Positions 40,633 to 49,636 of a stretch of 64,000 bases of DNA are shown here, in pieces (within the stretch, counting starts at the first letter, position 1; every line of letters begins with the position of its first letter). Under the pieces are notes generated by a model. The model ran no database searches and had not been told where the DNA came from. It was given only the letters and a program-made list of their open reading frames with translations. The translations under genes were made by a program, and so were the position numbers. This stretch comes from a virus (lineage: Duplodnaviria > Caudoviricetes), in the IMG/VR virus record IMGVR_UViG_3300044799_000048, positions 228 through 64,227 of that record, one strand, 5' to 3'.

Positions 40633-41487
40633 TTACACCTCAAATGGGTAATCACTGGAAACGTATGATCCGCGCGTCTCACGTTCCATCTTCATTGTCT
40701 CTGTCGGCCAACGCATCGCGTGCCGGGTCTTGAAGTCATCAGAGAGACCCTTGAACATTGTGGCAAGGTTCTGTGCGGGTTCCACTTCATTACCAGGCGC
40801 TTTCCCCATCCTCCAGAACCAAAGCAATCCTGCGGCACAGTTGATGATGTACTCAGCAGGAACGTCTGTATCATCAGTATCCGCGGTTAGGGTTGTTGGC
40901 TCGGTGATGTAATGCAACTTCAGATAGAACCCTGGAGTGTACTGCGCCTTGAGCCACAACTTAGTCGGATTGCGATTCTTGTCTACATTATACGCAAGAA
41001 TCTGTGTGTAGTCCGCGTTCTGGTCTACTACGTTCTTGAGCATATAGTATGATGTTGTATCGGGGGCGACTGTCCAGTTATATCCAGAAGTGGTAAGGGT
41101 TAATGCGGTCGCCGTGTTAGATGTAACAGAGGCGTACTGTCCCGCTCCAGTACCGTCATAGATGACAACATGCCATCCGGCATATTCATTAACCGTCCAA
41201 CTCGCCGCTGAGTCCGTAAGTGACGCATTTGTTCCACTTGTCGCCACCCCGGTAAAGTATTCGCCCGGGCGTTCTAACCACACGCCGATAAGTCTCGTCA
41301 TTGTCGGAAGATTGTAGAACAACTTATCTTCACACACAACAAGTTCATCAGTGAACGTCTCAGTAAACCACGCGGGATACGCGTCTCGAATGGCCGCGTT
41401 GATAGCGCGATCCTTCTCGGCGGGTTGCCAGACATTTGCATTAAGGCGATCAGATAGTTCAGTTCTAAGCGCTAAAAGTGTGGTCAT
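40633..41487 (-). CDS. Head-tail adaptor / tail tubular A-like protein
   Basis: MTTLLALRTEL..RL...AINAAI...Y...P..L.AD.D...VP.EYII..A pattern. Confidence 0.6.
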   Translation of the reverse strand: MTTLLALRTELSDRLNANVWQPAEKDRAINAAIRDAYPAWFTETFTDELVVCEDKLFYNLPTMTRLIGVWLERPGEYFTGVATSGTNASLTDSAASWTVNEYAGWHVVIYDGTGAGQYASVTSNTATALTLTTSGYNWTVAPDTTSYYMLKNVVDQNADYTQILAYNVDKNRNPTKLWLKAQYTPGFYLKLHYITEPTTLTADTDDTDVPAEYIINCAAGLLWFWRMGKAPGNEVEPAQNLATMFKGLSDDFKTRHAMRWPTETMKMERETRGSYVSSDYPFEV

Positions 41488-41546
41488 GTATTATCCTTCA
41501 TGCTCTCATATCCTCATGCCGTTCGGCGAGCCGCGCCGGCGAGACG

Positions 41547-42908
41547 CTATGGGTACTCATGGCACCCCATCGACGGATTGACCGCATTGCGCGGCCGGTG
41601 GAACAGATCATACGCGACCAACCCGCCCAACCCAGACGCCTTGACGCCGGCGGGTGAGCCGACGCTCAATTGGTACTCTGTCGCGTTCGCGAACACAGGG
41701 TCGCCGTTCTCTGCGTGTGTGCCATCATCAGCATCGGTCGGATATATGTTATTATAATCCCTCGTAATCGTCCCGACTCCCCATACCGCCATTTGGACAG
41801 TGTCAGAGTTAGAAAGGATATTGTTCTTTACATTGTATGTCCCGGCTTGACCTATAAGTATGCCACACCCAGGACCAGTGCCGGAATTAGTGATGCCATT
41901 GACCGTGTTGTGGTAAATATCCAATATGCCAGCGGCATGTCCACTGGCAACAATAATCCCAGCAAAATCGTTACTAGTGTTGCTAGACCACACAATCAGA
42001 TTATTGCGAATAACGTTGGCAATTGTAGAGTATGCATCCATGGAAACATAGATGGCACCATAGTCTCCACCACTGCCAATCCAGATATTACCGTCGATAA
42101 CCGTGCCGTTCAGATTAACACATGTCCCCCCTATGTCACCGGGGGTGCAGCGAATGATATTATTACGGAATATCGTGTTAGACGGAAGTTGTTTGCTTAC
42201 CTGACTACTATGCTGAAAGACCTCATCGTGAATAGTGCCAGTAATTAGATTGCTCTCGAATATATTGGAATCCACACTGACCGCGGCATCATCAAGCCAC
42301 TTTTTGATGTACAATGCCTCCTGACCAATGTCGTGTATGTGATTTCGACGAATCACGTTGCGATCGGTTGCCGCGCCGGTGGCGCTTTGATTACTATGTA
42401 CATGTATGCCGACCTGTCCCGCAACGGGGTTATCTGACCAGATTTCATTCGATTCGACCGCACAATCGCTACTCTCACTGACCGTGATCCCCTGCGCGTC
42501 ATTTTGTAACAATATCTCAAATCCGCGGACAGTGACGAAATTGCTCAAGCCAACTTGTAATGCCGTCCATGGACCGGCGCCAGAACAAACCAACTTCACA
42601 CGTTCGCCTGGAAACTCACGAAATACGAACGGAGACAATACACTTCCACCAATACCAACATGCAGGTTGGTTTCTGCATCTGCCGTGATCGAATATGATC
42701 CGCCACGGGAAAACACAGTATACCCCCCCGCAGTATTGTGGATGATGGCAGCGGCTTTGCCCGGCGAGAAAAATGGATTGAGAAACGTCCCGTCGCCCGT
42801 CGTATCGTTGCCCGCCGGCGAGCAGTGAAGCGCCCACGAGTCGAACATCCAGCCGTCGCGCCTCGTCATGCGCTGCGCGTAGATTCGTCCTGCCAATCGT
42901 GGAGCCAT
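41547..42908 (-). CDS. Right-handed beta-helix (pectin lyase-like) protein
   Basis: SPAGND..GDGT..NPF; repeated IRRN/IRNN.I; IYHNT; KNNIL; DP.F...Y.L...SP...PSMGCHE. Confidence 0.8.
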   Translation of the reverse strand: MAPRLAGRIYAQRMTRRDGWMFDSWALHCSPAGNDTTGDGTFLNPFFSPGKAAAIIHNTAGGYTVFSRGGSYSITADAETNLHVGIGGSVLSPFVFREFPGERVKLVCSGAGPWTALQVGLSNFVTVRGFEILLQNDAQGITVSESSDCAVESNEIWSDNPVAGQVGIHVHSNQSATGAATDRNVIRRNHIHDIGQEALYIKKWLDDAAVSVDSNIFESNLITGTIHDEVFQHSSQVSKQLPSNTIFRNNIIRCTPGDIGGTCVNLNGTVIDGNIWIGSGGDYGAIYVSMDAYSTIANVIRNNLIVWSSNTSNDFAGIIVASGHAAGILDIYHNTVNGITNSGTGPGCGILIGQAGTYNVKNNILSNSDTVQMAVWGVGTITRDYNNIYPTDADDGTHAENGDPVFANATEYQLSVGSPAGVKASGLGGLVAYDLFHRPRNAVNPSMGCHEYP

Positions 42909-42910
42909 GG

Positions 42911-43516
42911 CTAACTCTCCCGGCGATACCACGCGTTGAAGTGCAGCGTTTCGTTATGCGCCGCATTGTCATTGAACCCAACCGCGGACGTATGGAACCA
43001 GACGAAATACAAATTCGCAAGCGAGTGAAATGCCATCGGCAGCCCAAGCACTGGCTGCGCCGACGCGCCAGTAGCATCCCCCGCGCCCCAGTCGGCAGCA
43101 GAGATGGGGAATTTCCCGATGACCGTCAACCACTCGGCGGCGGTTATTGCCGCATCCGCGGCGGCTACGGCCGGGTCGGCATCCAGAACATACAACACAC
43201 CGGACGGCTTCAGGATCGCGCCGTCACCATTCTCTCGGTTGATGAGCGTGATCTGCTCGATTGTGCCCGATGCGGTTGTGGCCAACGCCACGCCGATGGA
43301 ACCACCGTATTGATTCTGTGCGACCGCCTCATCCTCGCCAATGAGTTCCGTGACGCCGGTCTCAACCAGCGGCAGGAAGGGTTTCGCAGATACGGTGTTG
43401 ACTTCCCCCGCCGTGCCGATGAGTTGCCCGGGCGACACCCGGGTTGCAGCAGTGCGCGCGGTATTTGCCGCGTTCACATCCACGTCTGTTATAGTCGTTC
43501 CAGTTCCCATTCCCAT
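42911..43516 (-). CDS. Virion structural protein (jelly-roll-like)
   Basis: Located in the tail module; shares NAANTARTxATRV with 45395-46183. Confidence 0.5.
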   Translation of the reverse strand: MGMGTGTTITDVDVNAANTARTAATRVSPGQLIGTAGEVNTVSAKPFLPLVETGVTELIGEDEAVAQNQYGGSIGVALATTASGTIEQITLINRENGDGAILKPSGVLYVLDADPAVAAADAAITAAEWLTVIGKFPISAADWGAGDATGASAQPVLGLPMAFHSLANLYFVWFHTSAVGFNDNAAHNETLHFNAWYRRES

Positions 43517-43615
43517 ATTCTAATCTCCTATCGCGTGGCTTTCACCACGTCGGATGTTTGCTTGCGCGCCATCTGACCAGCGCGATGATGACGATTGCCA
43601 GAACCACGAGCGCTA

Positions 43616-44245
43616 TCATGCGGTCATCGCTCCCCAGAGTTGCGCCGTCGTGTAACCCAGGGCCGCCACGATTGCCAGTATCTGCGTATGCTCCGTCGTC
43701 GCGGCCCGGAGCGCGGTGCTGGACTTGCCCAAACTGTCCAGGTACGTTGCGATGCGATTGCGCCGCGCCAGTGCCTGCGCCGCGGTCATGCCAACCGTCG
43801 CCATAACCGCGGTCGGATAGAATGCCGTCCCGAACGTCTGCACGACGGCCAGAGCGCCAAGCGTAGACGCGGGCGCCATGCCGTACAACTCATTGTGCAA
43901 CGCGATGATGTTGTCGGCCTGTGCGTCAACCTGCCAGAGCGAATAGGCCCCGAAGTCCACGAGATGGTACACCGCGCCGGCGAGTTGCGTCTGCAATCCG
44001 ACAATTACGGTCGGCGCGACGAAGATCGCCTTGACGACGCTGGCGCGTAGGTCTGCGATACCGAGCGCGGCCAGGGCTTGCGGCGCAGTGAGAGACAGAT
44101 TCGCCATGAGATTCGCGGCGTGGCGTGAATCCATCAGTGAGAGTGTGTCCGCCCCGCGAATCAGCGGAAACGCGAGTGCACCGGTCGCCTCAAGGTCTAT
44201 CGTCGCCACCAGTTGGTCGTTACAGATGACGTAGTAAATTGTCAT
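43616..44245 (-). CDS. Ala-rich hypothetical protein
   Basis: Packed ORF with GGGGT RBS within the late operon. Confidence 0.55.
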   Translation of the reverse strand: MTIYYVICNDQLVATIDLEATGALAFPLIRGADTLSLMDSRHAANLMANLSLTAPQALAALGIADLRASVVKAIFVAPTVIVGLQTQLAGAVYHLVDFGAYSLWQVDAQADNIIALHNELYGMAPASTLGALAVVQTFGTAFYPTAVMATVGMTAAQALARRNRIATYLDSLGKSSTALRAATTEHTQILAIVAALGYTTAQLWGAMTA

Positions 44246-44253
44246 ACTACCCC

Positions 44254-45390
44254 CTAGTAGGTAATCACAAAATTAGTGGTGTGATCCGATTGTGGATCGA
44301 CCACAAGTTTGTAGACCATTTCTAGACCTGTCACAGGTGGCGTCGTATTCTGATACACGCCTGACGGATCTGCGTTTGTGCCACCTAACGTGCACGTCAG
44401 CGTTGCGGCGGTATATGCCGCACGTGCGGTATAGAGCGCCAGCACAAGCGCGTCTACCACGGCCTGGGAGAGCGCGTTGTTGGCTACATTGAGTGTCGCC
44501 AACGCGATACATGTACCCACGTCCCACGAGACCGTATTGCTACCAGTAATGAGCAGGTACGTCAGACCCGTCAGGGCCGCTACGCTGCCGGATAACGTAT
44601 TGTTACCAGTGACGGTCATGGTTGTCAGTAATGTCAATCCAGCAAGACTGCCCGATATTGTGTTGGAACCAGTGAGAGCCAAAACCGTCAGCAACGTCAA
44701 TGCCGCAATGCTGCCCGATACCGTGTTGGAACCCTGGACAGTCATGGATGTTAGCAACGTCAGCGCTGCGATGCTGCCAGATACCGTATTAGAACCCGTG
44801 ATGTACAAGAATGTCAGGCCAGTCATCGCCGCGATGCTACCAGATACTGTATTAGAACCCGAAAGGGTCATGGCTGTCAGTAGCGTCAGCGCCGCCACAC
44901 TGCCCGAAAGTGTGTTCGAGCCTGTAACACTTATAAATGTCAAATTTGTCAGTCCGGCCACGCTACCAGAAAGTGTGTTGGAACCCGCGATACTTAGATA
45001 CGTCAGCGCCGTCAGTGCCGCGACACTGCCGGACAATGTATTGCTGCCCGAGACGCTTAGGTACGTTAGACTCGTCCACGTGGACAAGTCTGCGCCCCAG
45101 TTTGCCCAACCGCTGCCGCCTGTGTAGATACTCGTCAGTCGCACGATATTCTGCGCGCCCGAGATCGTGATGGTGCGCGCCGCGGCCGCGGCGTAGGTGT
45201 AAGAGATCGCCGTGTCTACGGTGGACGAGAGCGTGTAGACGTTGGACGAGCCGTCGCCCCACAACACAGTCACGACTTGTCCCGTTATGCGCGACCTTAC
45301 GTTGATCTGGAACAGCAACGTAGACGCCGGATTCGTGAAAGTCCAGACCGTCGGCATTTTGTTGCGGAAGAAACGCTTGATTACGCTCAT
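44254..45390 (-). CDS. Leucine-rich-repeat protein
   Basis: About nine 22-aa repeats LTxLTxLxxxGSNTxSGSxAx. Confidence 0.8.
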   Translation of the reverse strand: MSVIKRFFRNKMPTVWTFTNPASTLLFQINVRSRITGQVVTVLWGDGSSNVYTLSSTVDTAISYTYAAAAARTITISGAQNIVRLTSIYTGGSGWANWGADLSTWTSLTYLSVSGSNTLSGSVAALTALTYLSIAGSNTLSGSVAGLTNLTFISVTGSNTLSGSVAALTLLTAMTLSGSNTVSGSIAAMTGLTFLYITGSNTVSGSIAALTLLTSMTVQGSNTVSGSIAALTLLTVLALTGSNTISGSLAGLTLLTTMTVTGNNTLSGSVAALTGLTYLLITGSNTVSWDVGTCIALATLNVANNALSQAVVDALVLALYTARAAYTAATLTCTLGGTNADPSGVYQNTTPPVTGLEMVYKLVVDPQSDHTTNFVITY

Positions 45391-45394
45391 GCTA

Positions 45395-46183
45395 CTACGT
45401 CCACGCGATGATTTCGGCCACGACGCCGGCCTGCGCGCTGGCCAGGTACACGGTCAGAGACGACATGTTCGCGTCAGATTCGTTGTACGGCGCGCCCGCA
45501 TTGATGGTCGCCCAGGGCGATGTCGGACCCGCAACCTTGCCAGTCTCGAACGAAAACTCCATATCGAAAGCCGTCCGGCACTTAATGGTGAGTTTGTGGC
45601 ACGTCGCCGGGAGCGCCTGACTATATTGGGTGCGCGCGTTGGTCAGCGTGACGTTGTACATGGTTGGTACAGAGGCCGCTGTCATGAGCGCAAGCATGGT
45701 GTCAAGAGAGATCGTGCCGTCCGCGGAAATGGGCTGAGTAGGTATCACGCGCGTCGCCGTGGTGCGCGCCGTGTTGGCAGCGTTCATGTCCGCAATGGCG
45801 CCGGTGGCGATTGCTCCACTGGAAACGGCTCCAGATGCAATTGCACCGCTGGCCACCGCCCCCGATGCTATGCCACCAGATGCGACGGCGGCATTTGTAT
45901 ACAACCTCCCGTTAGCATCTGTCAGTAGGGTAGTATAGTCCCCCGCAGCAGCAGTGGCCGTAGCAGTATCGGAACGCACGGCGAGCGCGAGCGCACCGAG
46001 GTCACCAGATACATGAGCAGCATCCTCGGCATACCCCCCGCCACCACCAAGGGATGTAACCTCAGTGCCAGTTCCATTGACCAGAGTAACAGCAACACTC
46101 TTACTCGCGAATGTGTCAGTGTTACTATGATTGAACAACCCAATACGATGACTCCAAAGCGTGAAATAATCTGCGATTGCCAT
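45395..46183 (-). CDS. Virion structural protein with GA(I/V)AS pentapeptide repeats
   Basis: YAEDAAHVSGD.G..ALAVR; GAVASGAIASGAVSSGAIATGAIA. Confidence 0.55.
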   Translation of the reverse strand: MAIADYFTLWSHRIGLFNHSNTDTFASKSVAVTLVNGTGTEVTSLGGGGGYAEDAAHVSGDLGALALAVRSDTATATAAAGDYTTLLTDANGRLYTNAAVASGGIASGAVASGAIASGAVSSGAIATGAIADMNAANTARTTATRVIPTQPISADGTISLDTMLALMTAASVPTMYNVTLTNARTQYSQALPATCHKLTIKCRTAFDMEFSFETGKVAGPTSPWATINAGAPYNESDANMSSLTVYLASAQAGVVAEIIAWT

Positions 46184-46212
46184 GATACTTAACCTCCAAA
46201 ACGGTTATAACT

Positions 46213-46737
46213 TTATGATTCTCTTAGACTCTCAACTTGCGCCGCAACGTCCCCGACGCCTTGTACCCTATTACCCTGACTCATATAGAAAGCGCGTACG
46301 TTTTTCTCTAAGAGGATTGCCTTCTTGTATCCATCATACGCTTCCTTAACGGGAGTGGGAACACTATTCATCACGCCACTTTTAATTATGAACCGCTGAT
46401 TATTGATTACAAATGGGATGTCCTCAAGCGTGTCCCCAAACACCTCAACAATAGGAGCCGCGTTCATGGCCTTCTGCTTAACGCCCCGCCTATCCACAAT
46501 CGTCTGTCTCAATTGTGTAAGTTTGCGTTCGGACTCTTCTTTTGTCTCGCCTTGCGTTTTCTTGACGGATTCGAGTTCAGTCTGGACGTCCTTCAGTTGT
46601 TCCTGCATCGAACGAAGCACTTCGAGCACAACGTTATCCATGTGTTCCTTGCCGACTCGGACGTGGAACCGGGTATTGTGCGCCTTAAGCGCAGATTTCG
46701 TTTTGACTTCCTTGCCGCAGATTTCGCACTTTTCCAT
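46213..46737 (-). CDS. C2H2 zinc-finger / coiled-coil protein
   Basis: CEICGKEVKTKSALKAHNTRFH; C-terminal VINNQRFIIKSG...VPTPV. Confidence 0.65.
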   Translation of the reverse strand: MEKCEICGKEVKTKSALKAHNTRFHVRVGKEHMDNVVLEVLRSMQEQLKDVQTELESVKKTQGETKEESERKLTQLRQTIVDRRGVKQKAMNAAPIVEVFGDTLEDIPFVINNQRFIIKSGVMNSVPTPVKEAYDGYKKAILLEKNVRAFYMSQGNRVQGVGDVAAQVESLRES

Positions 46738-46749
46738 TGCTGTTACTCC

Positions 46750-47430
46750 TCATGTTTGTCTACTTACTGCAATCAATTCTTCACACTCACGGACGCTCTT
46801 CGATAAGAGTTCCTCGGGAAGATAATGGGCGCGATACTCTGTGCCAGAACCAGCCCCGGGGCGAATCGTGTCGTAATGCTTCACTAACTGCTCACGTTCC
46901 CCTCTTGATTTCAAAAGTAGGTTTAGGTGAAATAGGTGAACACTTTCAAGTTCGCACGTTTCGCCGTATATAGCAGGCGTTGTATGGATAACTGGCGCTT
47001 GGTTTAAAGAGTTTTTCCGAAATAAACGCACCTGATAATCCGGGTATAATGGCCAGGTAGACAAATAGTGATTCATTTCGGCTCCGACCACATTATATCT
47101 TGGAAGCCAACACGCCGCCTGTGGCAAGTCAAGTATTTCCTGTTTCATTTCTACAAATCTGGTTCCTAAAAGCTCGTCGTCGTCTACGCGTAAGCACCAA
47201 GGATAATGCGCCAGCGAGTAAGCATAGTTCAAGACTGGTTCAACATAACCCGGTGTCTCTATAAACTCAACACGATTAGCGTACTGCTTACAAATGTCGT
47301 AAGTGTTGTCGCTAGATGCGCGGTCAACCAAAATAATAAGTTCGTCCGCATAGAGTTGTGTCTGAAGAAGCAATCTCTCTACCCAACGGGAGGAGTCTTT
47401 TGTGATGATAACAACACTGAGCTTCTTCAT
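46750..47430 (-). CDS. Glycosyltransferase family 2
   Basis: LSVVIITKD...ADELIILVD..SSDNT...WCLRVDDDE...YPDYQVRLFR. Confidence 0.9.
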   Translation of the reverse strand: MKKLSVVIITKDSSRWVERLLLQTQLYADELIILVDRASSDNTYDICKQYANRVEFIETPGYVEPVLNYAYSLAHYPWCLRVDDDELLGTRFVEMKQEILDLPQAACWLPRYNVVGAEMNHYLSTWPLYPDYQVRLFRKNSLNQAPVIHTTPAIYGETCELESVHLFHLNLLLKSRGEREQLVKHYDTIRPGAGSGTEYRAHYLPEELLSKSVRECEELIAVSRQT

Positions 47431-47434
47431 AGGT

Positions 47435-48835
47435 TCAATAACTACTAAAGCAACGTTTACACAATGGCAGTTCCTTCTTCTTACCTGCTATATGCTTTGC
47501 TCTCAGTTTCTCAAAAAGACGCCCACGCCAAACTTGGGAAACGTTGTTCTCAAACACATTGCCAAGCGTCATTTCTGCATTCCAATCTTGACAACACATT
47601 ACCACCTGCCCGTCGGTGTGGACTATTAAATTTTTGAACGGTTGGTGACACGGAAGATCGTCGCTCGCATCCATGAGAGCACCCTTGCCATCTCTGTTCT
47701 CACGCGGAACCCAAGTAAGAAGCACTCCATTTCCGCCCCACACTTTAGGCATCAACGGTATTTCGTGAATGTTCTCAGCTTGGGCAACCATATGTATTCT
47801 GACTTCACACTTGCCCCCCGCTTCTTCAATGAATCCGTGGACGTTCCTATAAGTCTGATCGAAGTTCAACCCAAGGCGAATTTTCTCATACGTCTCTTTA
47901 GTAGCGCCATCAATACTGAAAGCAATAGACTTCAACCCTGCATCAAGTAGTCCCCTTGCGCGCTCCCTAGTCATCAATGAACCGTTAGTAAAGAAAAACG
48001 CATTCGCACCATGTTTAGTTATATACTCGACACGTTCTTCCAAACACTTGTCAATCAGGGGTTCGCCGTATTGGGCCAGATTGAAGAACCTTGTGCCCAT
48101 ATCAACCGCCTCATCTACCACCCGTTGAAAGTTAAGTTGTGGCATATAGGATAGACGGGAGATTCGCTCGTGCGGGCACATGATGCAACGTGCATTGCAT
48201 AGGCTTGTAACTTCACAGTTAACAGATTCAAGTTCTACCTTGGTGTCAAACACCTTCGCCGTATTTGCCGGGATAAGTTTAGCGATATCAAGATCGCTGA
48301 ATCCCTTCACAAATACTACGATGTTATTCTTGTAGTAGTTCGCCGCGATGCTGATGTGCCCTATCCTAGATCGCAGGCAATCTACTAACTCAAATCCATG
48401 TTTCTCGAAACGTTCTTTCCAGTAAGAAAGAGGTTGTAGGTTGATGTGGTTCTCACCGACTTGCCCTGGGGGAGCAGCGGAAAATACAATAACATTCGAC
48501 GCGTTACAAAGAATAGACACCAACTGCTCCCCCGCCGACTCAGATAGATGCTCTGCTGTTTCCAGAGACATCGCCATATCAAATTTACGGTCAAGTGTGA
48601 ATGGTTGTTCAAGGTCTGCAAGGATGTGCGGAACGATTGGTTTTGCCCACGGCCCATCTATCCCAAGTACATCTATTCCACCTTGCATGAAAACTTGTAA
48701 CCATAGTCCCTGTCCACAACCAACATCCAAAATAGAAGACGGGTGGAAAAGTTTCACAATAATAGGAACGATCGCTTGCGCCGAACAGAACGAGTCCCCC
48801 GCATTTTCTCCATAGAACTGTTTGTCATAACTCAT
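47435..48835 (-). CDS. SAM methyltransferase fused to a radical SAM / SPASM(Twitch) domain
   Basis: ILDVGCGQG...SLETAEH; CNARCIMC (CxxxCxxC), YGEP, TNG, SIDG; CHQPF...DGQVVMCCQD...CKRC. Confidence 0.9.
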   Translation of the reverse strand: MSYDKQFYGENAGDSFCSAQAIVPIIVKLFHPSSILDVGCGQGLWLQVFMQGGIDVLGIDGPWAKPIVPHILADLEQPFTLDRKFDMAMSLETAEHLSESAGEQLVSILCNASNVIVFSAAPPGQVGENHINLQPLSYWKERFEKHGFELVDCLRSRIGHISIAANYYKNNIVVFVKGFSDLDIAKLIPANTAKVFDTKVELESVNCEVTSLCNARCIMCPHERISRLSYMPQLNFQRVVDEAVDMGTRFFNLAQYGEPLIDKCLEERVEYITKHGANAFFFTNGSLMTRERARGLLDAGLKSIAFSIDGATKETYEKIRLGLNFDQTYRNVHGFIEEAGGKCEVRIHMVAQAENIHEIPLMPKVWGGNGVLLTWVPRENRDGKGALMDASDDLPCHQPFKNLIVHTDGQVVMCCQDWNAEMTLGNVFENNVSQVWRGRLFEKLRAKHIAGKKKELPLCKRCFSSY

Positions 48836-49302
48836 GGGATTTTCCTGAGAAGAAAGTGAAGGCCATGCTCAAGAACCGCTTCTGATTTTATGATGTGAAA
48901 CCGGCACGATGAATAGTGAGGCAATAACTGGCACAGGAGTCTGTCGGGATCAAAGTAGTCCATCGAGAGATAGGTGAAGAACATAGTATGTGTCGGGTCT
49001 ACAAAAGCCTGGGCGGTCGTGGCGTCTGGAACTTGACAGGCAAACTGTCCGTTGGGAACTAAGACACGCCAAACCTCTTCCATCACTTCAATGAAAGAAC
49101 CAGATGTAAGATGCTCAAGACTATCGCGCATAACAATCGCTTCTGCTGTACTGTCAAGCCAAGGCCAGGGTTTCTTGTTAAGATCGCATTGAAGAAAGTC
49201 CTTGCCCTCGACGCGTTCTGGAAACCTAACTCTTATATCTACCTTGTCAACGTTGAGAAAGTCATCCAGAAGAAGAATGCCACATCCAAGATTAAGTTTC
49301 AT
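48832..49302 (-). CDS. Class I SAM-dependent methyltransferase
   Basis: KLNLGCG...NVD...LEHL...MEEVWRVL.PNG...DPTH. Confidence 0.9.
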   Translation of the reverse strand: MKLNLGCGILLLDDFLNVDKVDIRVRFPERVEGKDFLQCDLNKKPWPWLDSTAEAIVMRDSLEHLTSGSFIEVMEEVWRVLVPNGQFACQVPDATTAQAFVDPTHTMFFTYLSMDYFDPDRLLCQLLPHYSSCRFHIIKSEAVLEHGLHFLLRKIP

Positions 49303-49625
49303 GAAAGTTTCACTTCATTCACATGAAATGGGGCGTGTTCAGGACAATAACACCTGGCGTTATCATCACATTCAAGATCGCCACCTTCTGAGTCCTCAAT
49401 ATCAAAAAAGCCCCACTTTAAATCAGGCCAGAGTATAAGTTTGGGGGTCACGCGTTTTCCCATACCATCAATGAATAACCAATCTTCCCATTTGCTAGCA
49501 TCTTCTTCGTCGTAACTAGTAAGATTGTCGATGAAATCTGGATATGGCCCGCACCTATCATCATCGCAAACCCAAGTATCAGTGTCTTCATCATCACTGC
49601 CACCAGAACTCCAACCATGTCCCAT
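49299..49625 (-). CDS. Acidic Cys-containing hypothetical protein
   Basis: CDDDRC ... CYCPEH; AAGGAG RBS. Confidence 0.55.
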   Translation of the reverse strand: MGHGWSSGGSDDEDTDTWVCDDDRCGPYPDFIDNLTSYDEEDASKWEDWLFIDGMGKRVTPKLILWPDLKWGFFDIEDSEGGDLECDDNARCYCPEHAPFHVNEVKLS

Positions 49626-49636
49626 GTTATTCTCCT

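Noticed and set aside
44530-45070. CRISPR-like periodic repeats
   Set aside because: The 66-nt period is degenerate at third codon positions and encodes LRRs; no spacers or cas genes
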